A stretch of DNA of 64,000 nt from Syntrophorhabdaceae bacterium (lineage in GTDB: Bacteria > Desulfobacterota > Syntrophorhabdia > Syntrophorhabdales > Syntrophorhabdaceae): assembly GCA_963666485.2 (NCBI GenBank), contig CAXXUO010000001.1:576001-640000 (forward strand). Reading direction: 5' to 3'. A model generated the notes under the pieces. That model did not search any database. It worked only from the letters and a program-made list of their open reading frames with translations, and was not told where the DNA came from. Every line of letters starts with the position of its first letter. The first letter of the stretch is position 1. The position numbers were made by a program, and so were the translations under genes. Positions 18,159 through 27,926 of this stretch are shown here, piece after piece.

Positions 18159-19460
18159 CTAGGCGGCCGGCCCTTTTCGTACTGCCCGTGCCATGAGCGT
18201 AAATGCGATAAGGCCGATAAGCGTGTAGACGACGATGAATGCCGCGAGCGACAGGGCCACCTGGGATGCAGCGACCGGCGATACGGCCTGGGATGTCCTC
18301 ATCAGCCCGTAGACGATCCAGGGCTGGCGTCCCACTTCGGTCACGGTCCAGCCGAAGGCACAGGCGATATACGGCAGCGGTATCGCGTAGAACATTATCT
18401 TCAGGTAGAGCCGCGAGGATGCGATCCTCTTCCTCAGGAACCACCCGACAACGGTGAGCAGGGCAAAGAGCATCCCCAGCGTGACCATGATCTTGAACGA
18501 GATGAACGTCGCCAGAACGGGCGGGCGGTCCTCTTTCGGAATATCGTTAAGCCCCTTCACAACGGCGTCCGCGGTGTGGTATGCAAGCAGGCTCATGGCA
18601 CCCGGGACGGCCCCTATCTCGATGATGTTCCCGTTGTTCTTCGGGTCGGGAAGCGCGATGAGGTAAACGGGTGCGTTCTTCTGCGTCACCCACAGCGATT
18701 CCAGTGCGGCGAGTTTGCCCGGCTGCTTGTCGGCGAGGTCCGCACCGTGCATGTGCCCCTCTGCGACGACAAACAACGAGAAGATGAGGGCGAAGACAAG
18801 GCCGATGCGGAAGGACTTCAGGAAAATGTCCGTATGCTGTTTCCTGAGAATATGGTACGCGCTGATCCCCATGACGAAGAAGCCGCCCACGACGTAGGCC
18901 GCGGAGAGGGTGTGGAGGATCGTGAGGACCGCGTACGGCTGGGTGACGACCGCCATGAAATCCGACAGGACGGGCCTGCCGTTCTGCATGACGTAGCCGA
19001 CAGGGTGCTGCATCCATGAGTTGGCGATCAATATCCATTTGGCGGAGACGCTCGACGCCCCGGCTACGAGCCAGATGGTGACGCAATGGGCCTTAGGCGA
19101 AAGCTTCTTCCATCCCATCGCCCACACTGCGATAAAAGTCGATTCGAGGAAGAAAGCGACCGTCGCCTCGATGGCGAGGATGGAACCGAATATGTCGCCC
19201 ACGTAGCGGGAATACCCCGACCAGTTCGTGCCGAACTGGAACTCGAGGGTGATGCCCGTGACAACGCCGACGGCGAAGTTGATGAGGAAGAGCTTTCCCC
19301 AGAACTTCGTCATGGTCCTGTACTCCTCGTTACCCGTCCTTACATAGATGGTCTCCATGATCGCAATGATAATGGACAACCCCAGCGTCAGCGGGACGAA
19401 CAGGAAATGAAAATACGTGGCTGCTGCGAACTGGAGCCGGGATAATATGGTCACGTCCAT
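18159..19460 (-). CDS. cydA: Cytochrome bd quinol oxidase subunit I (short Q-loop type)
   Basis: LSRLQFA..HFLFVPLT, GITLEFQFGTNW, FFLESTF, NSWMQHP, QPGKLAALE, GWTVTEVGRQPW. Confidence 0.97.
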   Translation of the reverse strand: MDVTILSRLQFAAATYFHFLFVPLTLGLSIIIAIMETIYVRTGNEEYRTMTKFWGKLFLINFAVGVVTGITLEFQFGTNWSGYSRYVGDIFGSILAIEATVAFFLESTFIAVWAMGWKKLSPKAHCVTIWLVAGASSVSAKWILIANSWMQHPVGYVMQNGRPVLSDFMAVVTQPYAVLTILHTLSAAYVVGGFFVMGISAYHILRKQHTDIFLKSFRIGLVFALIFSLFVVAEGHMHGADLADKQPGKLAALESLWVTQKNAPVYLIALPDPKNNGNIIEIGAVPGAMSLLAYHTADAVVKGLNDIPKEDRPPVLATFISFKIMVTLGMLFALLTVVGWFLRKRIASSRLYLKIMFYAIPLPYIACAFGWTVTEVGRQPWIVYGLMRTSQAVSPVAASQVALSLAAFIVVYTLIGLIAFTLMARAVRKGPAA

Positions 19461-19634
19461 TTACGCTGCCTCCATCTTTTTTCTCATTATAAATGACTGC
19501 GCAAATTTTGCAAGCTATGTCCTGCGTCCCGGGACGAGCTCCAGGTTTTGTGAGGCCGGCAGCAAAGCACGCGAGATCCAAACATCGAATTGAAACACCG
19601 AAGATCCGGAAAAAGAATAATACTATCCGAATAT

Positions 19635-19671
19635 ATATCAATTTTCGATTTGACTAATAGATAATAACTAT
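19635..19671. promoter_or_regulatory. LysR/OxyR-type four-box operator in the divergent cydA-yedE intergenic region
   Basis: ATAT-N7-CGAT-N7-ATAG-N7-CTAT, 14/16 match to ATAG-N7-CTAT-N7-ATAG-N7-CTAT. Confidence 0.5.
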
Positions 19672-19707
19672 GATTAATATATGGACTTAAAAATACCGGG
19701 GATATCA

Positions 19708-20802
19708 ATGTCCAAACTGGCAATGATTTTTGCATCGCGATGGGGAATTATCGGGGTCGGGGCCGTCATCGGAATCCTCGCCCCGCTTTTGCAGAAGCTG
19801 GGGAACCCCGCGAACATGGGGGTCTGCGTCGCGTGTTTCGAAAGGGACATAGCGGGCGCGCTGGGCCTCCACCGCGCGGCGGTTGTGCAGTACATGAGAC
19901 CGGAGATCATCGGTTTCGTCTTCGGCTCACTGATCGCCGCTTATATATTCAAGGAATTCAGGGCCCGGGCAGGGTCCGCCCCGGTCGTCAGGTTCATCCT
20001 GGGCGCATTTGCGATGATCGGTGCCCTGGTCTTTCTCGGATGTCCCTGGCGTGCAGCGCTCCGCCTGGCCGGAGGCGACGGGAATGCCATACTCGGGTTG
20101 CTGGGGTTTACCGGCGGGATATGGATCGGAACTCTCTTCCTGAGGAGCGGCTATAACCTCGGACGGTCTCAGACGACCCATACGTCCGTAGGGTGGCTGA
20201 TGCCCCTGATGATGCTCGGCTTTTTCGCCCTGATGCTGATATTCCCGCAGGTACAGGGACAGGACAAGAGCGGCATATTATTCTACAGCGTGAAGGGCCC
20301 GGGCTCGATGCACGCGCCACTCCTTATCTCACTGGGCGTCGGTCTTGTCATCGGCTTTTTGGCACAGAGGAGCAGGTTCTGTACTCTCGGAGCCATTCGC
20401 GACTTTGTCCTTTTCAGGCAGACCCATCTCCTCTCGGGGTTCGTTGCCCTTATCGCGGCCGCATTCCTGACCAACCTCGCCCTGGGGCAGTTCCATCCGG
20501 GTTTTGTAAAACAGCCGATAGCCCATACCATGGGCCTGTGGAATTTCGGCGGGATGCTGCTCGCGGGCCTCGCCTACACCCTGGCAGGGGGATGCCCCGG
20601 GCGCCAGCTTTTTCTCGCAGGTGAAGGGGATGGCGACGCCGCTGTCTTCGTCATGGGTATGATCTTCGGGGCCGGGATCGCACACAACTTCGGCCTCGCC
20701 AGTTCCCCTGACGGCGTGGGGCCATATGGCATTCCCGCAGTAATAACAGGCATCCTGGCATGTATCTTCATCGGGTTCACGATGAGAAACAAGACCGCCT
20801 GA
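19708..20802 (+). CDS. yedE: YedE/YeeE-family sulfur/selenium transporter
   Basis: GNPANMGVCVACFERD, FLGCPWR, RSRFCT, LAGGCPGRQL; multi-TM. Confidence 0.9.
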   Translation: MSKLAMIFASRWGIIGVGAVIGILAPLLQKLGNPANMGVCVACFERDIAGALGLHRAAVVQYMRPEIIGFVFGSLIAAYIFKEFRARAGSAPVVRFILGAFAMIGALVFLGCPWRAALRLAGGDGNAILGLLGFTGGIWIGTLFLRSGYNLGRSQTTHTSVGWLMPLMMLGFFALMLIFPQVQGQDKSGILFYSVKGPGSMHAPLLISLGVGLVIGFLAQRSRFCTLGAIRDFVLFRQTHLLSGFVALIAAAFLTNLALGQFHPGFVKQPIAHTMGLWNFGGMLLAGLAYTLAGGCPGRQLFLAGEGDGDAAVFVMGMIFGAGIAHNFGLASSPDGVGPYGIPAVITGILACIFIGFTMRNKTA

Positions 20803-20819
20803 GATCACGAGGTGACGAT

Positions 20820-21038
20820 ATGAGCACGATCATCGACGCACGCGGGCTCTCATGCCCCCAACCGGTCCTCATGACCCTCGACCAGATAAAAAAGATGGGA
20901 AAGGGTGAGATCATCATTCTCGTTGACACGGTCACCTCGACGGAAAACGTTTCCCGTGCCGCAATCTCGGCGGGGTGGACGGTGACCGGCATCGATACCG
21001 GGGGCCCCGAATTCCGTATCAGCATTGCCAGGGAATAA
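20820..21038 (+). CDS. yedF: TusA/SirA-like sulfur (selenium) carrier, YedF-like
   Basis: IDARGLSCPQPV motif, 72 aa, follows yedE. Confidence 0.88.
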   Translation: MSTIIDARGLSCPQPVLMTLDQIKKMGKGEIIILVDTVTSTENVSRAAISAGWTVTGIDTGGPEFRISIARE

Positions 21039-21047
21039 CCTGCTTCG

Positions 21048-21076
21048 TTGACAACATCATCCCCGGATAATAGAAT
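21048..21076 (+). promoter_or_regulatory. Sigma-70 promoter of the TPR gene
   Basis: TTGACA-N17-TAGAAT, 40 nt upstream of the ATG at 21116. Confidence 0.7.
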
Positions 21077-21115
21077 GGACGAGTAAGTATACATTTTATC
21101 CAAGGGGGGTGCCCG

Positions 21116-21820
21116 ATGATCTTCGGCCTTACGAAGGACAAGGCTCATACCAGGCTGCAGCAGGCGTTCGAGACCGGTGATTTCACGGCCGCGATCGATG
21201 CATACAATAAGCTGATCAAGAAGAACCCATCCGACTATGAACTGTTCAACAACCTCGGGATGGCCTACAAGGAATCGGGCCGGTTGCCAGAAAGCATAGA
21301 AGCCTTCCGCGAGGCGAACAGGCTCATGCCCGCCTGCGCGCATCTGAACAATCTTGGCAGTGCTCTCCTTCAACAAAATGACTTTGAGGGAGCACGTGCC
21401 GCGTTTGCGGACGCACGCAAACTCGACCCGACGGATCCCAAACCGTGGTTCAACATGACCGTGGCGCTGCGCGAAGAGGGGCGCCTCGAAGATGCCTATC
21501 GGGAACTCCGGGAATTTCTCGGCGCCCACCCGACACACGCGAACGGTTTGGGCGACCTGGGATGCTATCATCTCGATCGCGGCGAGACCGCCGAAGCCAT
21601 CGACTGTTTCACAAAAGCCGTGGACAACAACCCGAATGCCCTGGGCCCAAGGCTGAACCTCATACGGACCCTGTGCGACGCGGGGCAGTATCCGGACGCA
21701 ACCCCCCACCTCGACCTGCTTGCCCGGTCCGGTTTTAAGGTCAGGGTGAATGTAGAAAAAGGTTTGATAGAGATCGACATCAACGGCTCCCCTTTTTACC
21801 GGGGCGAGGTCAGGGAATAA
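21116..21820 (+). CDS. Tetratricopeptide-repeat protein
   Basis: Repeated NNLG..Y...G...EAI..F..A...P pattern. Confidence 0.88.
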   Translation: MIFGLTKDKAHTRLQQAFETGDFTAAIDAYNKLIKKNPSDYELFNNLGMAYKESGRLPESIEAFREANRLMPACAHLNNLGSALLQQNDFEGARAAFADARKLDPTDPKPWFNMTVALREEGRLEDAYRELREFLGAHPTHANGLGDLGCYHLDRGETAEAIDCFTKAVDNNPNALGPRLNLIRTLCDAGQYPDATPHLDLLARSGFKVRVNVEKGLIEIDINGSPFYRGEVRE

Positions 21821-21844
21821 CCGCCGCCGGCCGTTGGACCCGTT

Positions 21845-23818
21845 TTACCGTTTATCGTTGTTCGCAAGCCACGCGCGCGCGGATTCTTTGAGTGCCTGGC
21901 GATCCCGGGCGTTCAATCCGTCAGGATCAAACCGGTACCGGTAATGCAGGGACACGATCCGGCGCAGTTGGTCGTGCATAGAGGCGTCGGCTGCGATCCT
22001 GTCGATCCACATCCCGGGAGGCTCCCATTTTTGCCGCCCCAACCCCCGCCGGTTTAGTTCACTTTCGACAGCGTAGAATTCCGAGTCTATTCCCTTTTGA
22101 GGTTCCAGGGCAGTCTCCTGCCACTGCTTTGCCTTTCGCAGGAAGACCCGCTTCTTGACGTACAGCCTCCACACGAATATGATGACGATCGGTATGGCGA
22201 TCCATAAGATGTAATGCGTAAAACGGCTCTTTTGATCGCTCCACACCAACCCGGAAACCTTGAAAACGAGCCATGACCACAGGTCGGTCACGGTCCGCAA
22301 CCCCGAATCATTCTTTTCGGCGTCGAACCACGAGGACGGGGTGGTGTCCACATCACGCCAGGCCCCGTCGACAAAGGCACGAGCCCAGGCATGGGCGTGT
22401 TTCGACCTCACGATATACGTCTTTTCCAGCGGGCTGAACTCCTGGACGGAATAGCCTGTCGCATACCGGGCGGGGATCCCCGCAGCCCTGAGCAAAAGGA
22501 CCGTCGCCGTCGCAAAATATTCACAATGCCCGGAATGGGACCTCAGGAGAAAATCCTCAACGGGGTCCTTTGCGGCATCTTTCTGGTATGTCGAATAGCG
22601 GAAATTGTCGTTGAAATAACGGGTCACCGCCTGAACGGCCTCGCCGGGCGGTCGTGTCCTGAGCTGAAGGTCTTCGACCAGCTTCGACAACACAGGGGAC
22701 ATGTTCTGGGGAAATTTCAGATCTGCCTCCTGCGGCGGTGCGAGTTGCGCGGCATTCGCGTCAAACCGGACCATGTAATTCACGAGAGCAGGACCGTCGC
22801 CAACAGTCACGGTCCCGAACCCGCTCTGTTTCATTTCCCTCACCGGCAGGCCCTCTATGCGTGATGCGCCATGCGGCAGGGCGAGTACCCCCTTTCCCCC
22901 CTTGAGATACGCCGATACGCTCATACTCTTCTTCGGGTCAGGGGAATTGTTGAGGTCCCATGTCGCGCCGTCCTGGCCGGGCCTGACCGGCTTGAAAACA
23001 GAGCCGCGGGCGAACCACGTGGATGCGCCGTACAGGTCATAACCGGCATCCTGCAGGAGAAAAGGCGGCCGGGGCCCGTTCTTGTCAGTTACCACACGAA
23101 GCACGATCTTCTCCGAGAGTTTCAGTGAACCGATACGGCCGAGTGCCGTTTTGCTTTTGTACGCATCGGGGGCTTCGCCCGGCACCTGGGCCGCCACGGC
23201 AAACTCCTCCACAACGCCCTGTAGCTTGTTAAGCCCGATGTGACCGATAAACCCCAAACCTCCGACAGCAACGAGGAGGGTGACCCAGATGACGGGCTTG
23301 AAGGCCTTCGGGCGATGAACAAAAAGCACCCATGCCAGCAAAACGGCAAACCCGGCATAGAACCATAGGGTCCTGATATTGGCTGCGCTCGCCGACAACA
23401 GGCAGATCGCAAAATAGGGATAGGAAAGATCGACAAGTTTCTGCGGCTTATCCTTTTCTGCGTGCTTCTTTCTGACAACAAGCCTCAGCAGGCTGATATC
23501 TATTTTATTCGCGGTGCTGTACGCCTGCGCAATGATGAGCGGGAGTAGGGCAAGCGGGGTTGCCCGAAATAAGGATATGAACGCATCCACGAGGTTTGCC
23601 CGGCCGGCCGTTAAGAAAACATAGACAACCCCGCCGATGAGCAGAAGATCGCACAGGTAAATGACGCGCTTGAGATCGGTCGGGGACAGGTCCCACCTGA
23701 GCCTTACGAGGCGCGACCCTTCAAGGACGACGGCCCCTGCGATGCCAAACCAGAGAAATCCCGCCTGCCAGCCCCAGAAAAGAAGTGTCGCTCCGATCAA
23801 AAAGGGCGGTGTGTTCAT
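21845..23818 (-). CDS. Membrane-anchored transglutaminase-like protein (TgpA/DUF3488 type)
   Basis: N-terminal TM bundle; GHCEYFATA, GIPARYATGY, HAHAW, DTTP; ATGA overlap with the DUF58 gene. Confidence 0.9.
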   Translation of the reverse strand: MNTPPFLIGATLLFWGWQAGFLWFGIAGAVVLEGSRLVRLRWDLSPTDLKRVIYLCDLLLIGGVVYVFLTAGRANLVDAFISLFRATPLALLPLIIAQAYSTANKIDISLLRLVVRKKHAEKDKPQKLVDLSYPYFAICLLSASAANIRTLWFYAGFAVLLAWVLFVHRPKAFKPVIWVTLLVAVGGLGFIGHIGLNKLQGVVEEFAVAAQVPGEAPDAYKSKTALGRIGSLKLSEKIVLRVVTDKNGPRPPFLLQDAGYDLYGASTWFARGSVFKPVRPGQDGATWDLNNSPDPKKSMSVSAYLKGGKGVLALPHGASRIEGLPVREMKQSGFGTVTVGDGPALVNYMVRFDANAAQLAPPQEADLKFPQNMSPVLSKLVEDLQLRTRPPGEAVQAVTRYFNDNFRYSTYQKDAAKDPVEDFLLRSHSGHCEYFATATVLLLRAAGIPARYATGYSVQEFSPLEKTYIVRSKHAHAWARAFVDGAWRDVDTTPSSWFDAEKNDSGLRTVTDLWSWLVFKVSGLVWSDQKSRFTHYILWIAIPIVIIFVWRLYVKKRVFLRKAKQWQETALEPQKGIDSEFYAVESELNRRGLGRQKWEPPGMWIDRIAADASMHDQLRRIVSLHYRYRFDPDGLNARDRQALKESARAWLANNDKR

Positions 23819-25140
23819 AGCTTCGCGAGCCCCTCTTCGATCCTGCCCGTGGTGAGCAGTTTGAGCCATACCGGCTTGTCCTGTCCGCTGTCAAGGGCCG
23901 GTACATTTGAGAGTTCCGGGTCAGTGATGACAATGACAACGGGCCGCAATCCAAGCACGTGCAGGTTGTGGATAAAGTCGCTCCTGTCATCATCCCACGC
24001 GAGTAAAACACAAACGCAGCCGCTGATGACGGGGCGCCTCGAGACCACGTGCTGGCGAAGCACCGAAAAAGCCTTATCGTAGCAGGGCCTCACACAGGCA
24101 AGTACCTCGAGGAAGCGATCGATCTGCCCCTGGCCCCGCCCGATCGTCTCGCAAAAAGCTTCGGTGCCGACAAACATCAGGTCGAGCAGGGACTCCTGGG
24201 TCTGCACGGTACAGGCAAACGATGCGGCCACTGAGATCGCCTCTTCAAAGATCTCGCCGGAAACGCCTTCCATGAACGTGTCCAGTATCAGGGCGTGCCG
24301 GACGAAGAACTCGTCCTGGTATTCCTTGATGATCGGCTTGCCGGTCTTTGCCCAGCTCTTCCAGTGGATCTTGCGCGGCGGGTCGCCGGGCCTGTATTCC
24401 CTGAGCGACTGGAACTCTTCCGAGTCGGCTACCGACGTGGAGAGCGCAACGCCGCCCTGCTGGTATGCACGGTTGCCGGAAAGCTTGATGTCGGGCAGGA
24501 CGTAGCGTTTCGGAAGGATGAGGACATGCTGCTTCACGGTCACGGTGGCGTACGCATTGATGAGGCCAAAAAGGTCGGCCCTGCCCACCGAGAACGACTC
24601 AAACTCGATGCGCCCCCTCCTTAAGGGCACGAACCCGGCGCTGACCTCGATCTCGCTTTTTGGCATGAGCGCAGGCATCGGCTGCCTCACGGCTTCGGCC
24701 AGCTGATTCATGGCAATGAGCTGTCTCCAGCGCTGGTATTCCGATTTGAGGCCCAATTTCGCCTTGCTGTAATCCGCGAAAGATGGCCGGGGGTCCGGCA
24801 GGTTCTCGAGCAGGAACAACCCCTGCACCTGTTTATCGCCTGAATTGGTGATCCTGATCCTGTACGACAGCGTCTGTCCGGCGGAACCGAAGCGGGGCAG
24901 AACCCTTACGGCACTGAGGTTCACGCGAAAAAAAACGTTCCAGGCAAGGCCAACGGCAACGAGCGCCACAAGGCACGTGAAGGCCTGGTAGGCCGTGGTC
25001 TTCGTCGTATCCAGGCCGAACAGCGCAGACGCCACGATCCCGGCCAGCACGAACCGTCCCACGGGCGTGAACCGCCTCGTCACGCGGTACCTGAACCCGG
25101 AAAATGCCCGGAACCAGATGTACACCAGCCGCTTCATCAT
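23815..25140 (-). CDS. DUF58 family protein
   Basis: EEFQSLREYRPGD..KIHWKSWAKTGKPIIKEY, FEEAISVAAS. Confidence 0.9.
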   Translation of the reverse strand: MMKRLVYIWFRAFSGFRYRVTRRFTPVGRFVLAGIVASALFGLDTTKTTAYQAFTCLVALVAVGLAWNVFFRVNLSAVRVLPRFGSAGQTLSYRIRITNSGDKQVQGLFLLENLPDPRPSFADYSKAKLGLKSEYQRWRQLIAMNQLAEAVRQPMPALMPKSEIEVSAGFVPLRRGRIEFESFSVGRADLFGLINAYATVTVKQHVLILPKRYVLPDIKLSGNRAYQQGGVALSTSVADSEEFQSLREYRPGDPPRKIHWKSWAKTGKPIIKEYQDEFFVRHALILDTFMEGVSGEIFEEAISVAASFACTVQTQESLLDLMFVGTEAFCETIGRGQGQIDRFLEVLACVRPCYDKAFSVLRQHVVSRRPVISGCVCVLLAWDDDRSDFIHNLHVLGLRPVVIVITDPELSNVPALDSGQDKPVWLKLLTTGRIEEGLAKL

Positions 25141-25145
25141 CCACC

Positions 25146-26096
25146 TTATGCGGGTACGGGGATCTTCTTCATGATATCGCCGAGGATCGATTCCGCCGTG
25201 ACGCCCGAAAAACGTGCCTGCGGGTCTATGACCGTCCGATGCGCAATAACATGCGCGGCGATCTCCTGAATATGCTCGGGGACCACAAAACCCCCGCCAT
25301 TCAAAAGCGCGACGGCCTGTGCGGCTTTTATGAGGGCGAGGGATGCCCGCGGACTTGCCCCGAGCTGGATGCCGGGCGCATTCCGCGTTGCGCCGACGAT
25401 ATCCACGATGTAGCGCTTCAGTTCGTCGCTTATCCGCACCTTTTTCACGTTGTGCCTGAGGTCGAGAACGTCGTCCACGGATACGCACGCAGAAATATCT
25501 TCGATAGGGTGCTTCGTCTCCTGCGACGTCAGCATGGCGACCTCCTGTTCGGGGGCCACGTACCCGAGGCTGAATTTCAGTGCAAAACGGTCCATCTGTG
25601 CCTCCGGCAGCGGGTAGGTGCCGCGGAATTCCACCGGGTTTTGCGTGGCAATGACAAAGAATATGTCATCGAACCTGTGCGTCGTACCCTCGATGCTCAC
25701 CTGGTTTTCAGCCATAGCCTCGAGCAGTGCCGATTGCGTCCTCGGTGACGCCCGGTTTATTTCGTCGGATAAGAGGATATTCGTGAATATGGGCCCTTTG
25801 TGAAAAAAGAACGACTGGTTGCCCTGGTCAAAAACGGAGACGCCCAGAATGTCGGAGGGCAGGAGGTCAGGCGTGAATTGTATGCGGCTGAACTTGACAT
25901 TGATCGAGAGGGCAAGCGCCTTTGCCAGTGTCGTTTTGCCCGTGCCGGGAAAATCCTCGAGAAGGACGTGGCCCCCGCTCGCAAAGGCGACGAGGAGCTT
26001 GCGGATCGCTGAGGACTGGCCTTTCATCACCCTTTCTATGTTCTCTGTGATCTTCTTCATGGTCTCGCTCGAAGACTGAATTAATTCTTCCGTCAT
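25146..26096 (-). CDS. moxR: MoxR-family AAA+ ATPase
   Basis: GHVLLED.PGTGKT, RIQFTPDLLPSD, DEINRASPRTQSALLEAM, TQNP, LPEAQMDRF, GASPR. Confidence 0.95.
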   Translation of the reverse strand: MTEELIQSSSETMKKITENIERVMKGQSSAIRKLLVAFASGGHVLLEDFPGTGKTTLAKALALSINVKFSRIQFTPDLLPSDILGVSVFDQGNQSFFFHKGPIFTNILLSDEINRASPRTQSALLEAMAENQVSIEGTTHRFDDIFFVIATQNPVEFRGTYPLPEAQMDRFALKFSLGYVAPEQEVAMLTSQETKHPIEDISACVSVDDVLDLRHNVKKVRISDELKRYIVDIVGATRNAPGIQLGASPRASLALIKAAQAVALLNGGGFVVPEHIQEIAAHVIAHRTVIDPQARFSGVTAESILGDIMKKIPVPA

Positions 26097-26396
26097 ATGC
26101 ACCCCCAGAAGGTAACGAAATATAGATGCCTGAATTGGTCCGGTTGTAATTTTTCACATTCTCTCAAATGTCCGGAGTTAATACAATAGAAAGTCTGGAA
26201 TGCGAAACGGATAGACATATGAGACAGCAAACCGGAGATTTTGCATTTCACCAATTGACAGAACGCGAAAGGAGTGCTATGGCAATCCTATGGGTTTCTC
26301 GCGTACGGGGTTTGGCAGCCCCATACGCTCCCACAGGGTGATCGGGGGCTTTGTTTACAAGGGCCCCGGCAAGGTGCACAACAGGGAGGGGTTTTT

Positions 26397-27212
26397 ATGG
26401 AAGTGAAAGAATTCGGGGAATTTAAGGGTTATACACCGGTCGGGCCCGGCAGGCTTCTCGAAGCGAAAAAGGGGCTGATCCTCGGAATTGCCAACAACGA
26501 CAGCATCGCCTATGGTTGCGCACGGATGTTCAGTAAGCTCGGAGCTGACCTCGCCGTTACGTACCTGAACGAAAAAACGGAAAAATATGTCAGGCCTCTC
26601 GCGGAAAAAATGGGCTGTTCCATTATCACGAAGTGCGACGTGATGAACCCCGGGGAGCTCGAAGCCACCTATCAGGAAATCGAGAGCAGGTGGGGTAAAC
26701 TGGATTTTGTCCTCCACTCGATCGCATTTGCCCCCAGGGACGACCTGCAGGGGCGCGTCACAGACTGCTCGAAAGAGGGGTTCGTGCTGGCCATGGACGT
26801 TTCCTGCCATTCCCTCATCAGGGCGACCAAACTGGCAGAACCTTTGATGAAGGCCGGAGGGTCCATTCTGACAGTGTCATTCTATGGTTCGGAAAAGGTG
26901 GTCGCGAACTACAACATGATGGGCCCCGTCAAGGCGGCGCTTGAAAGCACGGTCCGATACCTGGCGATGGAATTGGGCCCTCAGATGATACGGGTGAACA
27001 GCCTGTCTCCCGGCCCCATCAAGACCCGTGCGGCGTCGGGCCTCAACCAGTTTGATGACCTCATACTGAAAGCCGCTTCGCTCGCGCCGGAGCACCACAT
27101 TGTATCCATCGGGGACGTCGGGACATTCGCCTCGTTCCTCGTCAGCGACTACTCAAGGAGCATAACGGGCGGCGTCCATTATATCGACGGCGGCTATCAC
27201 ATCGTGGGGTAG
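26397..27212 (+). CDS. fabI: Enoyl-ACP reductase (NADH)
   Basis: GIANNDSIAYG, LHSIAFAP, YNMMGPVKAALE, SPGPIKTRAASG. Confidence 0.95.
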   Translation: MEVKEFGEFKGYTPVGPGRLLEAKKGLILGIANNDSIAYGCARMFSKLGADLAVTYLNEKTEKYVRPLAEKMGCSIITKCDVMNPGELEATYQEIESRWGKLDFVLHSIAFAPRDDLQGRVTDCSKEGFVLAMDVSCHSLIRATKLAEPLMKAGGSILTVSFYGSEKVVANYNMMGPVKAALESTVRYLAMELGPQMIRVNSLSPGPIKTRAASGLNQFDDLILKAASLAPEHHIVSIGDVGTFASFLVSDYSRSITGGVHYIDGGYHIVG

Positions 27213-27236
27213 GCTAAAGAGGGTTTATGGTTCACC

Positions 27237-27926
27237 TTAGGGGAGGGATGCCGGGTTGAGCATTATCCTCCCGTCGGCCACCACGCACCGTGATGAACTG
27301 CACATAACCGGGTTAAGGTCGATCGACGCGACCATAGCGCCCAGGTCCATGACGAGGGTGGAGAAATTCATCAAAAGGACGGACAGCTTTTCCATGTCCA
27401 CCGGATCGGCGCCCCTGTACCCTTCCAGAAGCTGGTGTGCCTTGAGGCAGCTCACCATTGACATGACGTCCTCTTTCCTGACAGGCATCATTCTCAAGGC
27501 AACGTCCTTGTAAATTTCGACGGCCGTTCCGCCGGCGCCGACGAGGAGGACCGGCCCGAATTGATGGTCTATCTTCGCCCCGACGATGATCTCCGTTCCG
27601 TTGAGCGGCTCTTCGACGAGCATCCCGGCGAAACCGTCGATCTTCCGGAACCTCTCGAAAGTTTTTACCAGTCCCTCATCGTCCCTTATCCCCACCACGA
27701 CGCCGCCGATATCCGACTTGTGAATGACCTTCGGTGACACGATCTTTCCGACGACGGGGTATCCGATGGAACGGGCGAACCCGACCGCTTCGTCCGTGTC
27801 CCGCGCCCAGGTAAAACGAGTGACCTCGACGCCTGCCAGGGAAAGAAGCTCTTTGACCTGCGGCTCCATGAGCCAGCCCGCAGCCCTCGCCTCCGAAAGG
27901 ATCGATCTCATTGTATCTGTCAGCAT
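27237..27926 (-). CDS. ADP-forming acyl(acetyl)-CoA synthetase beta subunit (ATP-grasp)
   Basis: IGYPVVGKIVSP..IHKSDIGGV, EIIVG..D.QFGPV..G.GG..VE..KDV, IDLNP. Confidence 0.9.
   Translation of the reverse strand: MLTDTMRSILSEARAAGWLMEPQVKELLSLAGVEVTRFTWARDTDEAVGFARSIGYPVVGKIVSPKVIHKSDIGGVVVGIRDDEGLVKTFERFRKIDGFAGMLVEEPLNGTEIIVGAKIDHQFGPVLLVGAGGTAVEIYKDVALRMMPVRKEDVMSMVSCLKAHQLLEGYRGADPVDMEKLSVLLMNFSTLVMDLGAMVASIDLNPVMCSSSRCVVADGRIMLNPASLP

Noticed and set aside
20800..20822. Selenocysteine/TGA read-through fusing yedE to yedF
   Set aside because: yedF is in a different frame from the yedE TGA; no SECIS-like hairpin evident
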